Notes under the pieces: model-generated
Told to the model about the DNA's origin: nothing
The model's database searches: none
What the model saw: the letters and a program-made list of their open reading frames with translations, nothing else
Origin: Bdellovibrionota bacterium
GTDB taxonomy: Bacteria; Bdellovibrionota; UBA1018; UBA923
Assembly: GCA_040754655.1 (NCBI GenBank)
Contig: JBFMCE010000039.1
Span: forward strand, 1 to 36,226
DNA: 36,226 nucleotides
Reading direction: 5' to 3'
Shown here: piece by piece, positions 1 through 9,717 of the stretch
How positions within the stretch are numbered: the stretch's first letter is position 1
How the letters are laid out: each line of letters opens with the position of its first letter
Position numbers and translations under genes: made by a program

Positions 1-1
1 C

Positions 2-1048
2 GGAGATGACGGACTGTGTTTGATCGAATATGCGCCTTATGGCGTCATCGGATCGATCACTCCGACAACCAATCCTAGCGAAACGGTCATCAACAATGGC
101 ATCGGAATGGTCGCCGCCGGAAACGCGGTGGTCTTTAATCCGCATCCCTCAGCAAAGCGTGTTTCAAATCGAACCGTAGAACTCTTCAATCAAGCAATCA
201 CTTCAAACGGGGGACCGGCGAACGTCGTGTGTTCGATCGCGGAACCCACGATTGAAAGCGCAGGCGAGCTGATGAAAGCGGAAGGCATAAGGCTTTTGGT
301 GGTCACGGGCGGCCCCGCGGTCGTGAAAGCCGCGATGGCGTCTGGAAAAAAGGTGATCGCCGCTGGTCCTGGCAACCCGCCGGTGGTGGTCGATGAAACG
401 GCGGATCTAGATCAAGCGGCTAAAGGCATCATCGCAGGTGCTTCGCTCGACAACAATATCGTCTGCATTGCTGAGAAAGAAATCATCGTGGTCGAGAAGG
501 TGGCCGATGGCTTGATTGCGGCACTCAAAAAGCATGGCGCTTACCAACTGTCTCCGTATCAAATCAAACAACTTGAACCTGTGATCGTAGACGGTAAGTA
601 TCCCAACAAGAAGTTCGTGGGTCGAAATGCCAATGTGATTTTGAAAGAGATCGGCGTGAGTGTCAGTGATGAAGTGCGGCTCATCTTTGGCGAAGTCTCA
701 GACGAGCACCATCCGTTTGTGCAAGTCGAGCTTTTAATGCCGGTCTTGCCTCTAGTTCGTGTGCGCAATGTGGAAGAAGCCATTGCCATGGCCAAGAGAG
801 TAGAACACGGGTTTTGTCACACGGCCGTGATGTATTCGAAAAACATCGACAACCTTCATCAGATGGCTTGCGAGGTGAATACATCAATCTTTGTTAAGAA
901 TGCGCCAAGCTATGCCGGTCTTGCACTGGGTGGGGAAGGGTTTACCTCGTTCACGATCGCATCCCCGACCGGCGAAGGGTTGACCACCGCAATTGATTTT
1001 TCACGCGTGCGTCGCTGTACTTTGAAAGAACACTTTAGAATCGTATAA
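2..1048 (+). CDS. CoA-acylating aldehyde dehydrogenase, EutE/PduP family (5' truncated by window edge)
   Basis: Frame is open to the left edge (GDDGLCLIEYAPYGVIG). Motifs ITPTTNP, VVTGGPAVV, AAGPGNPP, catalytic DNNIVCIAEKE and TIASPTGEG. Adjacent to BMC shell genes. Confidence 0.93.
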   Translation, partial: GDDGLCLIEYAPYGVIGSITPTTNPSETVINNGIGMVAAGNAVVFNPHPSAKRVSNRTVELFNQAITSNGGPANVVCSIAEPTIESAGELMKAEGIRLLVVTGGPAVVKAAMASGKKVIAAGPGNPPVVVDETADLDQAAKGIIAGASLDNNIVCIAEKEIIVVEKVADGLIAALKKHGAYQLSPYQIKQLEPVIVDGKYPNKKFVGRNANVILKEIGVSVSDEVRLIFGEVSDEHHPFVQVELLMPVLPLVRVRNVEEAIAMAKRVEHGFCHTAVMYSKNIDNLHQMACEVNTSIFVKNAPSYAGLALGGEGFTSFTIASPTGEGLTTAIDFSRVRRCTLKEHFRIV

Positions 1049-1063
1049 TGGACGGCACAAAAA

Positions 1064-1621
1064 ATGGATTTTACGCAAAACGCCATAGCAGTCCTCGAAT
1101 TCAAGAGCATCACGCGCGGGCTTTTCGTCGTTGACGTGGCGACGAAGAAGGCACCGGTGCGAGTGTGTTGGGCTGAGGCCATAAGTTCGGGAAAATACAT
1201 CCTGCTTTTTGAAGGCGGCGTGGGCGAGGTGCAAGAGTCGTATTCTGCGGCGGTCGAAGCGGCAGAAAAAGAATTGATCGAAAGCATCTTGATCCCACAG
1301 GTAGTGCCCGCGCTAGGACCCGTGCTTTCAGGTAGATCCTTTTCACCGGAAAGTGAATCTTCAGTGGGCATGCTTGAGAGCTCTTCGATCGCCGCAAGCG
1401 TTGAAGCGGCGGATCAAGTTTTGAAAACCGCTCCTCTTCTCTTGAACCGGTTTCGATTAGGCAAGGGAATCGGCGGGAAGAGTTATTTTATTTTCTCGGG
1501 CCAACTTGAGGATGTGCAGGCAGGTCTTGAGCGCGGGCAAGAGTTTTTGGAGCATCGCGGCGCGCTTTTGGGCCGTGAACTGATTGCAAGGCCTCACTCT
1601 GATTTCATGGAGGTTTTATAA
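1064..1621 (+). CDS. Tandem BMC-domain shell protein (BMC-T, PduT-like)
   Basis: Two BMC repeats (AIAVLEFKSITRG...SGKY; VGMLESSSIAASVEAAD...GIGGKSY) and C-terminal IARPH. Confidence 0.9.
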   Translation: MDFTQNAIAVLEFKSITRGLFVVDVATKKAPVRVCWAEAISSGKYILLFEGGVGEVQESYSAAVEAAEKELIESILIPQVVPALGPVLSGRSFSPESESSVGMLESSSIAASVEAADQVLKTAPLLLNRFRLGKGIGGKSYFIFSGQLEDVQAGLERGQEFLEHRGALLGRELIARPHSDFMEVL

Positions 1622-1624
1622 CGC

Positions 1625-1909
1625 ATGCTCTTAGGAAAAGTGATCGGAACCGTCGTTGCCACCCAGAAGTACGAGACTCTTAAAGCCCTTGCGCTTCGAG
1701 TGATTCAACCTTGTGATGACCAAGAAAACCCGCAGGGTGAGCCGGTCGTGGCATGCGACCCGATCCAGAGCAGAGAGGGAGACCTGGTCTTGTGGGTCGC
1801 GAAACGAGAGGCCTCGGTCGCATTACCGGGTGCAACCTTGGTGAATATGTATCCCGTTGATGCAACGATCACAGGGCTTGTTGACTGGGTTGGAGACCGA
1901 CGAAAATGA
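1625..1909 (+). CDS. BMC vertex protein (BMC-P, EutN/CcmL family)
   Basis: MLLGKVIGTVVATQK N-terminus, VVACD, GDLVL, PVDATITGLVD; 94 aa. Confidence 0.93.
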   Translation: MLLGKVIGTVVATQKYETLKALALRVIQPCDDQENPQGEPVVACDPIQSREGDLVLWVAKREASVALPGATLVNMYPVDATITGLVDWVGDRRK

Positions 1910-2175
1910 TTTTGGCTCGTGTTGTCGAATCTCTTGTTGCAAGCCAAAAGCATCCTGCCTTGCAGGGGCATGCGCTCTTCTATGTTCAACCCATTTTGGC
2001 AAATGGAACAGCCTCTGGCGAGGCGTTTGTAGCTTTAAACTCAGTTGATGCGGGCCCTGGTGACGTGGTGCTGGTTTGCAATGAAGGCACGGGTTGTCGG
2101 CAGATCTTTGACGCCGGAATTTTTCCGGTCAACCATGTGATTGCTGGTTTTGTTGACCAGATTGAACGTGTTTGA
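1906..2175 (+). CDS. Second BMC vertex protein (BMC-P, EutN/CcmL family)
   Basis: MILARVVESLVASQKH, AGPGDVVLV, EG, IAGFVD; ATGA overlap with the upstream gene. Confidence 0.9.
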   Translation: MILARVVESLVASQKHPALQGHALFYVQPILANGTASGEAFVALNSVDAGPGDVVLVCNEGTGCRQIFDAGIFPVNHVIAGFVDQIERV

Positions 2176-2200
2176 CATCCACCCGGCCGCCCCTTACCAT
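2172..2200 (+). promoter_or_regulatory. Sigma70-like promoter, probably giving a leaderless mRNA
   Basis: TTGACA (2172-2177), 17 nt, TACCAT (2195-2200), then 7 nt to ATG 2208. Confidence 0.7.
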
Positions 2201-2207
2201 TTAGGTT

Positions 2208-2648
2208 ATGTTCTATAAAAGAGCCAACTTCCTCATCAACAAAAAGTTTCAGCTGAAATTCGCGTTCTTCGTTTGTTCATGGATCTTCGCTCTGAGCATG
2301 ATCTATCCGATCATCATTTATAATATCTTCGAGTATTTTTTGACCTTGCTCTCGAACAACGCTGCCAATGTTCCCCTGACGTTGGATAAAGTGAAGATGG
2401 TTGAGAACCAGGTGCTTGTGCTTCTCGGAGCCCTGCAACTTTTGTTTTTATTGATCACTTTCATGTTGAGCATCTTTTTAAGCCACCGCATCGCAGGCCC
2501 TCTCTACAAGCTTCGCAGATCAATGGAAGAAGTGACTCGCGGCAATCTGGATCAACGCATTTCATTCAGAAAGAACGATCATTTTTTTGAAATGCAAGAT
2601 GCGTTCAACGACATGATCCAGTATCTTACTCTTAAGCGCGATCGATAA
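2208..2648 (+). CDS. Small two-TM membrane protein with HAMP domain
   Basis: Two hydrophobic helices, then SHRIAGPLYKL...GNL...FRKNDHF HAMP pattern; no output domain. Confidence 0.75.
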   Translation: MFYKRANFLINKKFQLKFAFFVCSWIFALSMIYPIIIYNIFEYFLTLLSNNAANVPLTLDKVKMVENQVLVLLGALQLLFLLITFMLSIFLSHRIAGPLYKLRRSMEEVTRGNLDQRISFRKNDHFFEMQDAFNDMIQYLTLKRDR

Positions 2649-2668
2649 AACTTAAGAACGAACGGGAA

Positions 2669-4507
2669 ATGAATCTAAAACACCGGCCCATGCGGCTTAT
2701 CATATGCGTTTTCTTTTTTGCAGTTGCCCTTCAAGCGGGGGCGGCTGAGTTTTTTGCCGCTAGCGTGCTTGAGGAAAAAATCACCTTTGAGAAAGCAAAA
2801 CGCATCGCTGGTTTTCACGAGGTGCAGACGGCCCTTAACCGGGAAGACTTTCATCGAGCCTTGCGCGCAGTGAAATTGATCGAGCCTCACGTCGAGTTCA
2901 CGGATTACTATCACTACCTGGCGGGGCAAGCCGAGCTGGGATTGATGCGAAAACAAATCGCAGCCAAGAACTACGCGGCTGCGATCGTGCGTGGCGAGAA
3001 GGCCAAGACGCATTTTGTGCAGGCTCAAGGCGGGAATCCTTATACCGCTTTGCAAAGAAGGGCAGGCCTCTTGCTGGGCGAAACCGAGATCGCGCTGGGC
3101 GAAAGCCATCGCAAGCTCAAGAGAAACTCACGCGCTAAGATGTTTTATGAAGACGGGTTTCAGCGCCTCTCGCAGATCAACTTGCTTACAGTTGTGCCGC
3201 GCCAGACTTTGGTCGACTATGCGCTTTTGTGTGAGAAATCAAAGACAGACATCTGTCTCAGTTGGCTCGTGAAGTTTGGCCCCTTGTTGTCGCGAACCGA
3301 AGAATCGCGGGTCATCGAGAGGGTAGCGGCTTTTAAAAAGACCAGTATCGAACGGCCTACCCCGTCGATTCCATATCGGGTCGATCTAGATCTTCAAGCT
3401 TTCCAGAAGGCCTTTACGCTCTATCAAGAAGGCAAGTATGACGAAGCGTTTTCTGAATGGAAGCAGCTGCTTGAAGAGTATCCGCGGACGACGATCAAAT
3501 ATCGAACCAAATTCTGGATGGCCAGGGCTGCGCAAAAATCGGCTCACGACGCCCATGCCGAGACCCTTTATCGTGAAATCATCCGTGATCTTCCATTTTC
3601 TTATTATGCCATGCTCTCGTCATGGTTCAGCGGAATTGATCTAGGCCGCCGAATGGATGCCGAGGTTCCTCTTGCTACCACCGAGACGCCGGTGCTCAAA
3701 CCTTCAGACATCGTGCATTTGAAACGGGCCGAAGGCCTGATCGCTAGCCGAGTGCCAGAGCTTGCGATGCTCGAACTTCAGAATGTGCAGCCAAGCGGTG
3801 AGATGCCCAATGAGTTTTTGATTTACCTCACCTTGCTCAATCACTTGGCCGGAAATCACCGGGCGGCATTTTCAATGTTTAGCGAGCTTTCAAATCGGAA
3901 TTACGAAGGCCTCTTTTCAAGTTATGGGCAGCGCATCTTCTTCCCCACTGACCGCTTGAAGACGGTCGAGGAAATCGCCAAGGGCTCTAAAGTCGACCCT
4001 CTCCTGGTGCTCTCGGTGATAAAACAAGAGTCTGCGTTTCAAGAGCAAGCCGTTTCGGTGGCCAACGCTTTAGGTCTCATGCAGATCATCCCTCCGACGG
4101 CGCGTGATCTCGACCCGAAGTTAGAGCTCATGGATCTGTTTCGTGCGCAGAAAAACATCAAGCTCGGGGTGAAGTACCTTGATCAACTGCTGGGTCGTTA
4201 CAAGAACAATGTGGTTTCAACCCTTGCCGCTTACAACGCGGGTCCGGGCAATTCGGATCGTTGGCTGAAAGCAGCCATCCCTGGGGCACCAGTCGAAGAG
4301 TACATCGAAACCATCACCTTTCGCGAGACGCGTGAATACGTCCAGAGCATCTTGAGAAACTACTATTGGTATATCCGCAGGGTGAAAGGTGAAGTGCCGC
4401 CCAATCTTTCGGTGCTCGCTCAGTTCGTTGAAGACCCGAAAACAGTAATGCTCAAGACTTCGTCAAAGCGGCAACCCGCCCAAGGCAAGAACGCCCTTAC
4501 ACATTGA
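2669..4507 (+). CDS. Slt70-like soluble lytic transglycosylase with TPR-like region
   Basis: Signal peptide; C-terminal SLT motifs IKQESAF, GLMQI, AAYNAG, ETREYV. Start may be Met at 2690. Confidence 0.88.
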   Translation: MNLKHRPMRLIICVFFFAVALQAGAAEFFAASVLEEKITFEKAKRIAGFHEVQTALNREDFHRALRAVKLIEPHVEFTDYYHYLAGQAELGLMRKQIAAKNYAAAIVRGEKAKTHFVQAQGGNPYTALQRRAGLLLGETEIALGESHRKLKRNSRAKMFYEDGFQRLSQINLLTVVPRQTLVDYALLCEKSKTDICLSWLVKFGPLLSRTEESRVIERVAAFKKTSIERPTPSIPYRVDLDLQAFQKAFTLYQEGKYDEAFSEWKQLLEEYPRTTIKYRTKFWMARAAQKSAHDAHAETLYREIIRDLPFSYYAMLSSWFSGIDLGRRMDAEVPLATTETPVLKPSDIVHLKRAEGLIASRVPELAMLELQNVQPSGEMPNEFLIYLTLLNHLAGNHRAAFSMFSELSNRNYEGLFSSYGQRIFFPTDRLKTVEEIAKGSKVDPLLVLSVIKQESAFQEQAVSVANALGLMQIIPPTARDLDPKLELMDLFRAQKNIKLGVKYLDQLLGRYKNNVVSTLAAYNAGPGNSDRWLKAAIPGAPVEEYIETITFRETREYVQSILRNYYWYIRRVKGEVPPNLSVLAQFVEDPKTVMLKTSSKRQPAQGKNALTH

Positions 4508-5609
4508 ATCTGAAGTGCATGATATCACCGTCTTTGACGATGTACTCTTTGCCTTCAAGGCGCAAGAGGCCTTTGTCTTTGACTGCCTGTTCAGACTTGC
4601 ATTCAACAAGGTTGTCGAAGTGATAAGTTTCGGCTCGGATAAAGCCCTTTTCAAAATCAGTGTGGATGACACCGGCCGCTTGGGGGGCCTTCCAGCCTTT
4701 TTTAATGGTCCAGGCCCTGATCTCTTTCTCGCCTGCTGTGAAATAAGTGATCAGCCCCAAGAGTTCGTAGCCCGCCCGGATCAATCGATCGAGGCCCGTC
4801 TCTTTTAAGCCAAGGCTATTTAAAAACTCTTGGCGCTCTTCGTCCGAAGAAAGTGCCGCGATTTCAGATTCCAGTGCTCCGCAGATAGGTACTACGATTG
4901 AGCCTTCTTCAGCTGCGATCTTCTTTACGGTCTGGAAGTATTTATTTTCTTCTGGGTTTTGGATCCCGTTTTCATCCAAGTTCGCGACGTAAAGAACGGG
5001 TTTGATGGTGAGCAAATGAAAGTCACGGATGTGGACTTGCTCTTCCTCGGGCAGTTTTAGAGACCTTGCGGGTTTGCCCCGCTCAAGCGCATCACGCACT
5101 CGCGAGAGCACGCCAATCGTCGCAGCAGACTTCTTGTCGCCGGTTCGCGCTTGTTTCTCGATCGTTGAATAGCGTTTCACCACAGTCTCGAGATCAGCGA
5201 AGATCAGCTCAGTGTCAATGACGCTGATGTCTCTAGCCGGATCCACAGATCCATCCACATGTACAATGTTTGGGTTTTCAAAACATCGGGTGACATGTGC
5301 GATGGCGTTTACTTCGCGGATGTGCCCTAGAAACTGGTTTCCCAAACCCTCGCCCTTGCTTGCTCCTTTGACGAGTCCCGCGATGTCGACAAAGGTCATG
5401 ACCGCCGGAATCAAAGCCTGGGGCGGGATGTACTTGGCGATCACTGCGATCCTGGGGTCTGGGACCTTTACGATGCCTACGTTGGGATTGATCGTGCAAA
5501 ACGGGTAGTTCGCAGCTTCAGCATGCGCCCCCGACCCTGCTGTTAAGGCGTTGAAGATGGTCGATTTGCCTACGTTTGGCAGGCCCACGATACCGCATTG
5601 AAAACCCAT
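4497..5609 (-). CDS. ychF: Obg-family ATPase YchF
   Basis: [60 protein letters not shown]. Confidence 0.98.
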   Translation of the reverse strand: MGFQCGIVGLPNVGKSTIFNALTAGSGAHAEAANYPFCTINPNVGIVKVPDPRIAVIAKYIPPQALIPAVMTFVDIAGLVKGASKGEGLGNQFLGHIREVNAIAHVTRCFENPNIVHVDGSVDPARDISVIDTELIFADLETVVKRYSTIEKQARTGDKKSAATIGVLSRVRDALERGKPARSLKLPEEEQVHIRDFHLLTIKPVLYVANLDENGIQNPEENKYFQTVKKIAAEEGSIVVPICGALESEIAALSSDEERQEFLNSLGLKETGLDRLIRAGYELLGLITYFTAGEKEIRAWTIKKGWKAPQAAGVIHTDFEKGFIRAETYHFDNLVECKSEQAVKDKGLLRLEGKEYIVKDGDIMHFRFNV

Positions 5610-5613
5610 GAAT

Positions 5614-6201
5614 TTAAGCCTTTGTCTTTCTGTTGAGCACGTTCATTTCGCGCTTAAACGTTTCAGGACCCGCTATGAAAGCCTCCATGCCCCGAAGAGC
5701 GCGTTGTATCATATCTTCCACTGCCGTCCAATCACCAGAACCAAAGGGCGAAAGCACATAGTTGGCTGGGTCCATTGCAGGGTGCGGGGGCCTTCCAATT
5801 CCCATGCGAACTCGTGCGTACTCAGAAGTGGAAAGCGAGCTTGAAAGCGACTTTAAACCGTTATTGCCGCCCTCTCCTCCTCCAATCTTAAGCCTGACCT
5901 CGCCAAAGGGGAGGTCAAGTTCATCATGGATTGCGCAAATCTCTTCGGGCAGAACCTTGAAAAAATGCGCTACCGCGACAACAGCTTGGCCGCTGAGGTT
6001 CATGAAGGTGAGGGGTTTGAGCAGCAGGATCTTCTCATCTTTATAGGTCGTCTGAATAAGGTCGCAATTTTTTGACGACCCCCAGAGTTTCCAGTCTGCC
6101 TTGAGTTGCGTTGCAAACGCATCGGCCGCCATGAACCCGAGATTATGGCGTGTCGATGCGTATTGAGGACCAGGATTTCCGAGCCCCACGATCAATCGCA
6201 T
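5614..6201 (-). CDS. pth: Peptidyl-tRNA hydrolase
   Basis: [40 protein letters not shown]. Confidence 0.97.
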   Translation of the reverse strand: MRLIVGLGNPGPQYASTRHNLGFMAADAFATQLKADWKLWGSSKNCDLIQTTYKDEKILLLKPLTFMNLSGQAVVAVAHFFKVLPEEICAIHDELDLPFGEVRLKIGGGEGGNNGLKSLSSSLSTSEYARVRMGIGRPPHPAMDPANYVLSPFGSGDWTAVEDMIQRALRGMEAFIAGPETFKREMNVLNRKTKA

Positions 6202-6231
6202 GGTTTTGAGGAACCTCTCTTTGGGAAAAGA

Positions 6232-7173
6232 TTAAACAAACAACGAGCTGACCGATTCATAACTGTGTATGCGGCGAATCGCCTCGGCAAGAAGTCCCGC
6301 CGTAGAGAGCACCTTCAATTTACCCAGGCCCCGCGCTTCCTCGCGAAGCGGTATCGTGTCTGTGACGATGACTTCTTCCAAAATGCTGTCACGAATGCGG
6401 GTTGAAGCGGGCCCGCTTAAAATCGCATGGGTCGCGGCGGCGTAGACCGTCTTAGCTCCATGCTTTTTCACGGTCTCGGCAGCCTCGATCAGGGTGCCAG
6501 CGGTATCAATCATGTCATCCAGAATGACGGCGTTGAGGCCTTCGACATTTCCGATGAGGTTCATTGCTTTAGCCACGTTGGGGCCTGTTCTACGTTTATC
6601 GATCATGGCAACGCTGGCGTTAAGTCGTTTTGCGAAAGCCCTGGCGCGTTCTACCCCTCCGGCGTCAGGTGAAACCAGAACAATCTCGCTGCCGTCTTTA
6701 AAAAGGGTCTTGATGTAATCGACAATGACCGGAAGCGCATAGAGGTTGTCGAAAGGGATATTAAAGAATCCTTGGATTTGCCCGGCATGCAAATCCATCG
6801 AAACCACTCTTGAGCAGCCCGCAGAGGTAAGGATGTCCGCTACAAGTTTCGCAGTGATCGGAGTTCTGGGTGCTACTTTGCGGTCTTGCCTGGCATACCC
6901 GTAATATGGAAGCACGGCAGTTACGCTATTGACCGAAGCGCGTTTCAGAGCGTCGACCATGATGAGCAGTTCCATCAGATTGTCATTTACCGGGGGACAG
7001 GTGGATTGAAGGATGTAAACATCTTTGCCGCGAACGTTCTCATTGATCTCGACAAAGACCTCGCCATCGCTGAATCTGCGAAGCGTGGCGGTGCTCAAGC
7101 TTGTTCCCAAGGTTTCAGCGATTTTTTGAGCAAGGGGTCGATTTGAAGTTCCAGCAAAAAGGCAAAGGCGCAT
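6232..7173 (-). CDS. prs: Ribose-phosphate pyrophosphokinase
   Basis: [43 protein letters not shown]. Confidence 0.98.
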   Translation of the reverse strand: MRLCLFAGTSNRPLAQKIAETLGTSLSTATLRRFSDGEVFVEINENVRGKDVYILQSTCPPVNDNLMELLIMVDALKRASVNSVTAVLPYYGYARQDRKVAPRTPITAKLVADILTSAGCSRVVSMDLHAGQIQGFFNIPFDNLYALPVIVDYIKTLFKDGSEIVLVSPDAGGVERARAFAKRLNASVAMIDKRRTGPNVAKAMNLIGNVEGLNAVILDDMIDTAGTLIEAAETVKKHGAKTVYAAATHAILSGPASTRIRDSILEEVIVTDTIPLREEARGLGKLKVLSTAGLLAEAIRRIHSYESVSSLFV

Positions 7174-7179
7174 GCAGGG

Positions 7180-7207
7180 GTTCTAGCATAGCCCCCTCTG
7201 CTTGCAA
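7180..7207 (-). promoter_or_regulatory. Putative prs promoter (extended -10), leaderless geometry
   Basis: Minus strand: TTGCAA, 16 nt (ending TGC), TAGAAC, 6 nt, ATG; no Shine-Dalgarno. Confidence 0.5.
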
Positions 7208-7312
7208 ATGCTTTGCAATCCAAACCTGCTAATGCATCGCATTGGCAGGTTTCCGACTTCCGCAATGATTCTGATGAATTGCCGGCACACAGATTGCTTA
7301 TGTTCTTAGCCC

Positions 7313-7819
7313 ATGAGCCGAACAGCTGAATTGCAAGGAGATCTGTGGATTCCAAGAACGATGTGGGAAAAGCGCCGGCAGTTGAGCGGGGCAATCCAGC
7401 GCAGTATGGTGATCGGTACGCCCATGCTGATTTTGTCTTGCGACAGTTGGACGACCTTCTTCAGCAGGCTTGATCTTGATTCAGCGCAGGTGAATGCGGC
7501 GATGGCTTCAGGACGGATGGAATATATTCAAGTTCTTCCGCTCTCTGATGTGACGGCAACGCTTGCTGGTATCAATCTCAAGTTTCAAGGCCGAGGAATT
7601 GCTCAGGTGATCGTCGATGATATTGATTTAATCGTTGACTTGGGCAATTCCGAAACTGCGATACCATCGCTCTTTGCAATGGTGTATGCATTAAAAAGCA
7701 GGTTTAGCGAAATCTTGCTCTTTTCAAACCCGTTACCCTCGCAAAACAAGGTTCGTTACCTAGCCCAGATGGCGGATGTCTTGACCGTGCATCCTGCGGT
7801 ACAACAAAATGCCGCCTAA
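7313..7819 (+). CDS. Hypothetical protein, possibly a degenerate KaiC/RecA- or MEDS-like fold
   Basis: 168-aa ORF filling the prs-tRNA gap; VIVDDID Walker-B-like strand, no Walker A. Confidence 0.55.
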   Translation: MSRTAELQGDLWIPRTMWEKRRQLSGAIQRSMVIGTPMLILSCDSWTTFFSRLDLDSAQVNAAMASGRMEYIQVLPLSDVTATLAGINLKFQGRGIAQVIVDDIDLIVDLGNSETAIPSLFAMVYALKSRFSEILLFSNPLPSQNKVRYLAQMADVLTVHPAVQQNAA

Positions 7820-7881
7820 ATCAGCTCTTCCTAGCCAAGTTTTGTAACGGTTGGCGGAAGGCAGATTTTTCGGAGAGGCGC

Positions 7882-7910
7882 TTGCACTCCTTAAAAGGCG
7901 GTGCTAAACA
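7882..7910 (+). promoter_or_regulatory. Putative tRNA promoter
   Basis: TTGCAC, 17 nt, TAAACA with a TG extension, about 20 nt upstream of the tRNA. Confidence 0.55.
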
Positions 7911-7930
7911 CGGGTTAAATCACAATCGGT

Positions 7931-8005
7931 TGGGGTGTCGACAAGCGGTAAGTCACAGGATTTTGATTCCTGCATACCTAGGTTCGAATCCTAGCACCCC
8001 AGCCA
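7931..8005 (+). tRNA. tRNA-Gln (anticodon TTG)
   Basis: Acceptor TGGGGTG/CACCCCA, anticodon arm CAGGA-TTTTGAT-TCCTG, T-loop GGTTCGAATCC, encoded CCA; 75 nt. Confidence 0.97.
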
Positions 8006-8051
8006 AAATAAAAAAGGCTGAGCCCCAAAAGGGTTCGGCCTTTTTTATTTT
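8005..8051. terminator. Bidirectional intrinsic terminator
   Basis: AAAATAAAAAAGGCTGAGCCC-CAAAA-GGGTTCGGCCTTTTTTATTTT between the convergent tRNA and ORF. Confidence 0.85.
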
Positions 8052-8095
8052 GGATGTGAGTTGCAGGAGAGAAGCTGGCGAACGAAGTGAGCAGG

Positions 8096-8968
8096 TTACC
8101 TCACCTGCGTTTTGGGAGTCAACAAAGCTTGACAGCGACTACGGGGGTATCTCTGGGAGTTCCAGCTATTCAATAATTCCAAAAAGCTGATTTTTCTCGA
8201 CTTGAACCTACGATAAAGGCGTAAGCCCCATCGAGCTCTGCTGAAAGCATCTAATTCGAAGGCATCAGGACGCTCGTCGGGACTTGAAAAGAATTGTCCA
8301 TAAACGACGTGTTTCGAAACAAGATTCTTATTGGCCTCATGATTCTTCTCAACCTGGCTGAGCATCAAGAGAGAGCGAAGACTACCTAATTTTTTCTTTA
8401 GTCTTTTCTCTTCCGCTGAAGAAACCCATTGAAGGGAGAACTCAAAAACTCTTTGAGGATGATATCCAAACGTTATACCAGCGATGACCGTGTCTCGAAA
8501 AGCAATTGCAGGTGGACGCTCGGTGATTCTCGCCCACGGCAGATTTCGGTGATGTTTCAGCTTTCGGATAATAACATCAACAGAATCTGTACGAAGGAAG
8601 TCATATGGTTCTATGAGCCGCAATGACTCAGGATTTTGCATCATCCGGGCGATCGCTTCTCTATTGTAGAAAACATACCCGTCGCGGTAACGCCACCATC
8701 CTATGTTTTCGTTTAGGAGCTTTCCGCCACTTCGGGCTCTATCCAGATAATCTACAAGACTTTTGATCGAATCTTCGTAACCAAAATAGACTTCTGAAAA
8801 AGGCTTTACGCCCGAAAAAGTCCAGAACAGCATGTTCTGTTGATTTTCTTCCACGTTTTCAAAAATAGCGCCGGCCTGTTTTTCAGATACATTTCCAAAT
8901 GCAGCCGGAAGCGAAAGTAGCAGAGCACTTGAAATGAGGAGAAAAAACCATAAGAAAATAGGATACAT
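8096..8968 (-). CDS. Hypothetical secreted protein
   Basis: 290-aa ORF with an N-terminal hydrophobic signal (ends PAAFG); no recognised domain. Confidence 0.7.
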   Translation of the reverse strand: MYPIFLWFFLLISSALLLSLPAAFGNVSEKQAGAIFENVEENQQNMLFWTFSGVKPFSEVYFGYEDSIKSLVDYLDRARSGGKLLNENIGWWRYRDGYVFYNREAIARMMQNPESLRLIEPYDFLRTDSVDVIIRKLKHHRNLPWARITERPPAIAFRDTVIAGITFGYHPQRVFEFSLQWVSSAEEKRLKKKLGSLRSLLMLSQVEKNHEANKNLVSKHVVYGQFFSSPDERPDAFELDAFSRARWGLRLYRRFKSRKISFLELLNSWNSQRYPRSRCQALLTPKTQVR

Positions 8969-9084
8969 GACAAATCGGTTATTATCACTAGATTCTAGGA
9001 AAACAAACCGTAGAAAAGTCCTACGACCAATTGAAATTATTGAAATCGAAAGGTCTTGCAGATTACAAATGAGAGGTGCTTGCT

Positions 9085-9393
9085 CTAGGCTGCTTTTTTC
9101 ACTTTAACTTCAGCCCGATATCCGGTCGCAGCTAAAACGCGAATGAGCACATCCGTTGAAACACCTTGAGTATTTCCATTGGCAATCGCAGTAACCCGCG
9201 TGCGGGAAGTTCCAGCCCGTTTTGCGATCTCGGCATGGGTAAGCCTTCCAGCCTGAATGATTTTTGCTAGTGCAACCGTGAGCTCAGAACGAAATTCCAT
9301 CTCGGCGGTATCTGCAGCGGATAGCCCAAGGGCTTGGCCGAGTTCTTCGGCAGTGTGAACTGTTACGATTTTACTTACTTTAGGCTTTGCCAT
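9085..9393 (-). CDS. XRE-family HTH antitoxin (HigA-like)
   Basis: LTHAEIAKRAGTSRTRVTAIANG HTH; GGAGG Shine-Dalgarno; downstream of a RelE-like gene. Confidence 0.85.
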   Translation of the reverse strand: MAKPKVSKIVTVHTAEELGQALGLSAADTAEMEFRSELTVALAKIIQAGRLTHAEIAKRAGTSRTRVTAIANGNTQGVSTDVLIRVLAATGYRAEVKVKKAA

Positions 9394-9711
9394 GTAAAAC
9401 CTCCCGAAGTCGCTTACTACCGACTTCTATTTCATGTTTGGGTGTTTTTTGAGTTTTCTTTTGAAACCCATGAAACACCACAATCGCGTCAGCCATCTTC
9501 ACAAAGTAAAAACGCGCAATGCTGTCGTTTCGTCTTTCACCCTGAGCTCGTGAGCACCGGGCGCCACACCTGGCATTGGCCTGCTCAACGGCATTCCAAG
9601 GCTGATGCCTTTTTGAACATCGCGAAGCGCCTCACCAACCTCTTGCTTGATCGCAGCTGATTGCTCACGGATGAACTCAAGCGCTTTGGGGTGAAACTTG
9701 ATTGGCTTCAC
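9380..9711 (-). pseudogene. RelE/HigB-like (Gp49-like) toxin, interrupted by a 1-nt frameshift
   Basis: GTG start MKPIKFHPKALEF...HELRVKD...RVF, stop at 9499. The shifted frame continues YFVKMADAIVVFHGFQKKTQKTPKHEIEVG...* (stop at 9380), a typical toxin C-terminus. Confidence 0.85.
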
Positions 9712-9717
9712 AGGCTC

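Noticed and set aside
4497..4507. Convergent 3' overlaps (slt/ychF; also 26730-26749)
   Set aside because: Short tail overlaps are common in compact genomes.
8078..8092. GCGAACGAAGTGAGC, a REP-like motif after the tRNA terminator
   Set aside because: Single copy in the window; cannot be supported as a repeat.
7882..8190. 102-aa ORF
   Set aside because: Spans the tRNA and terminator; spurious.
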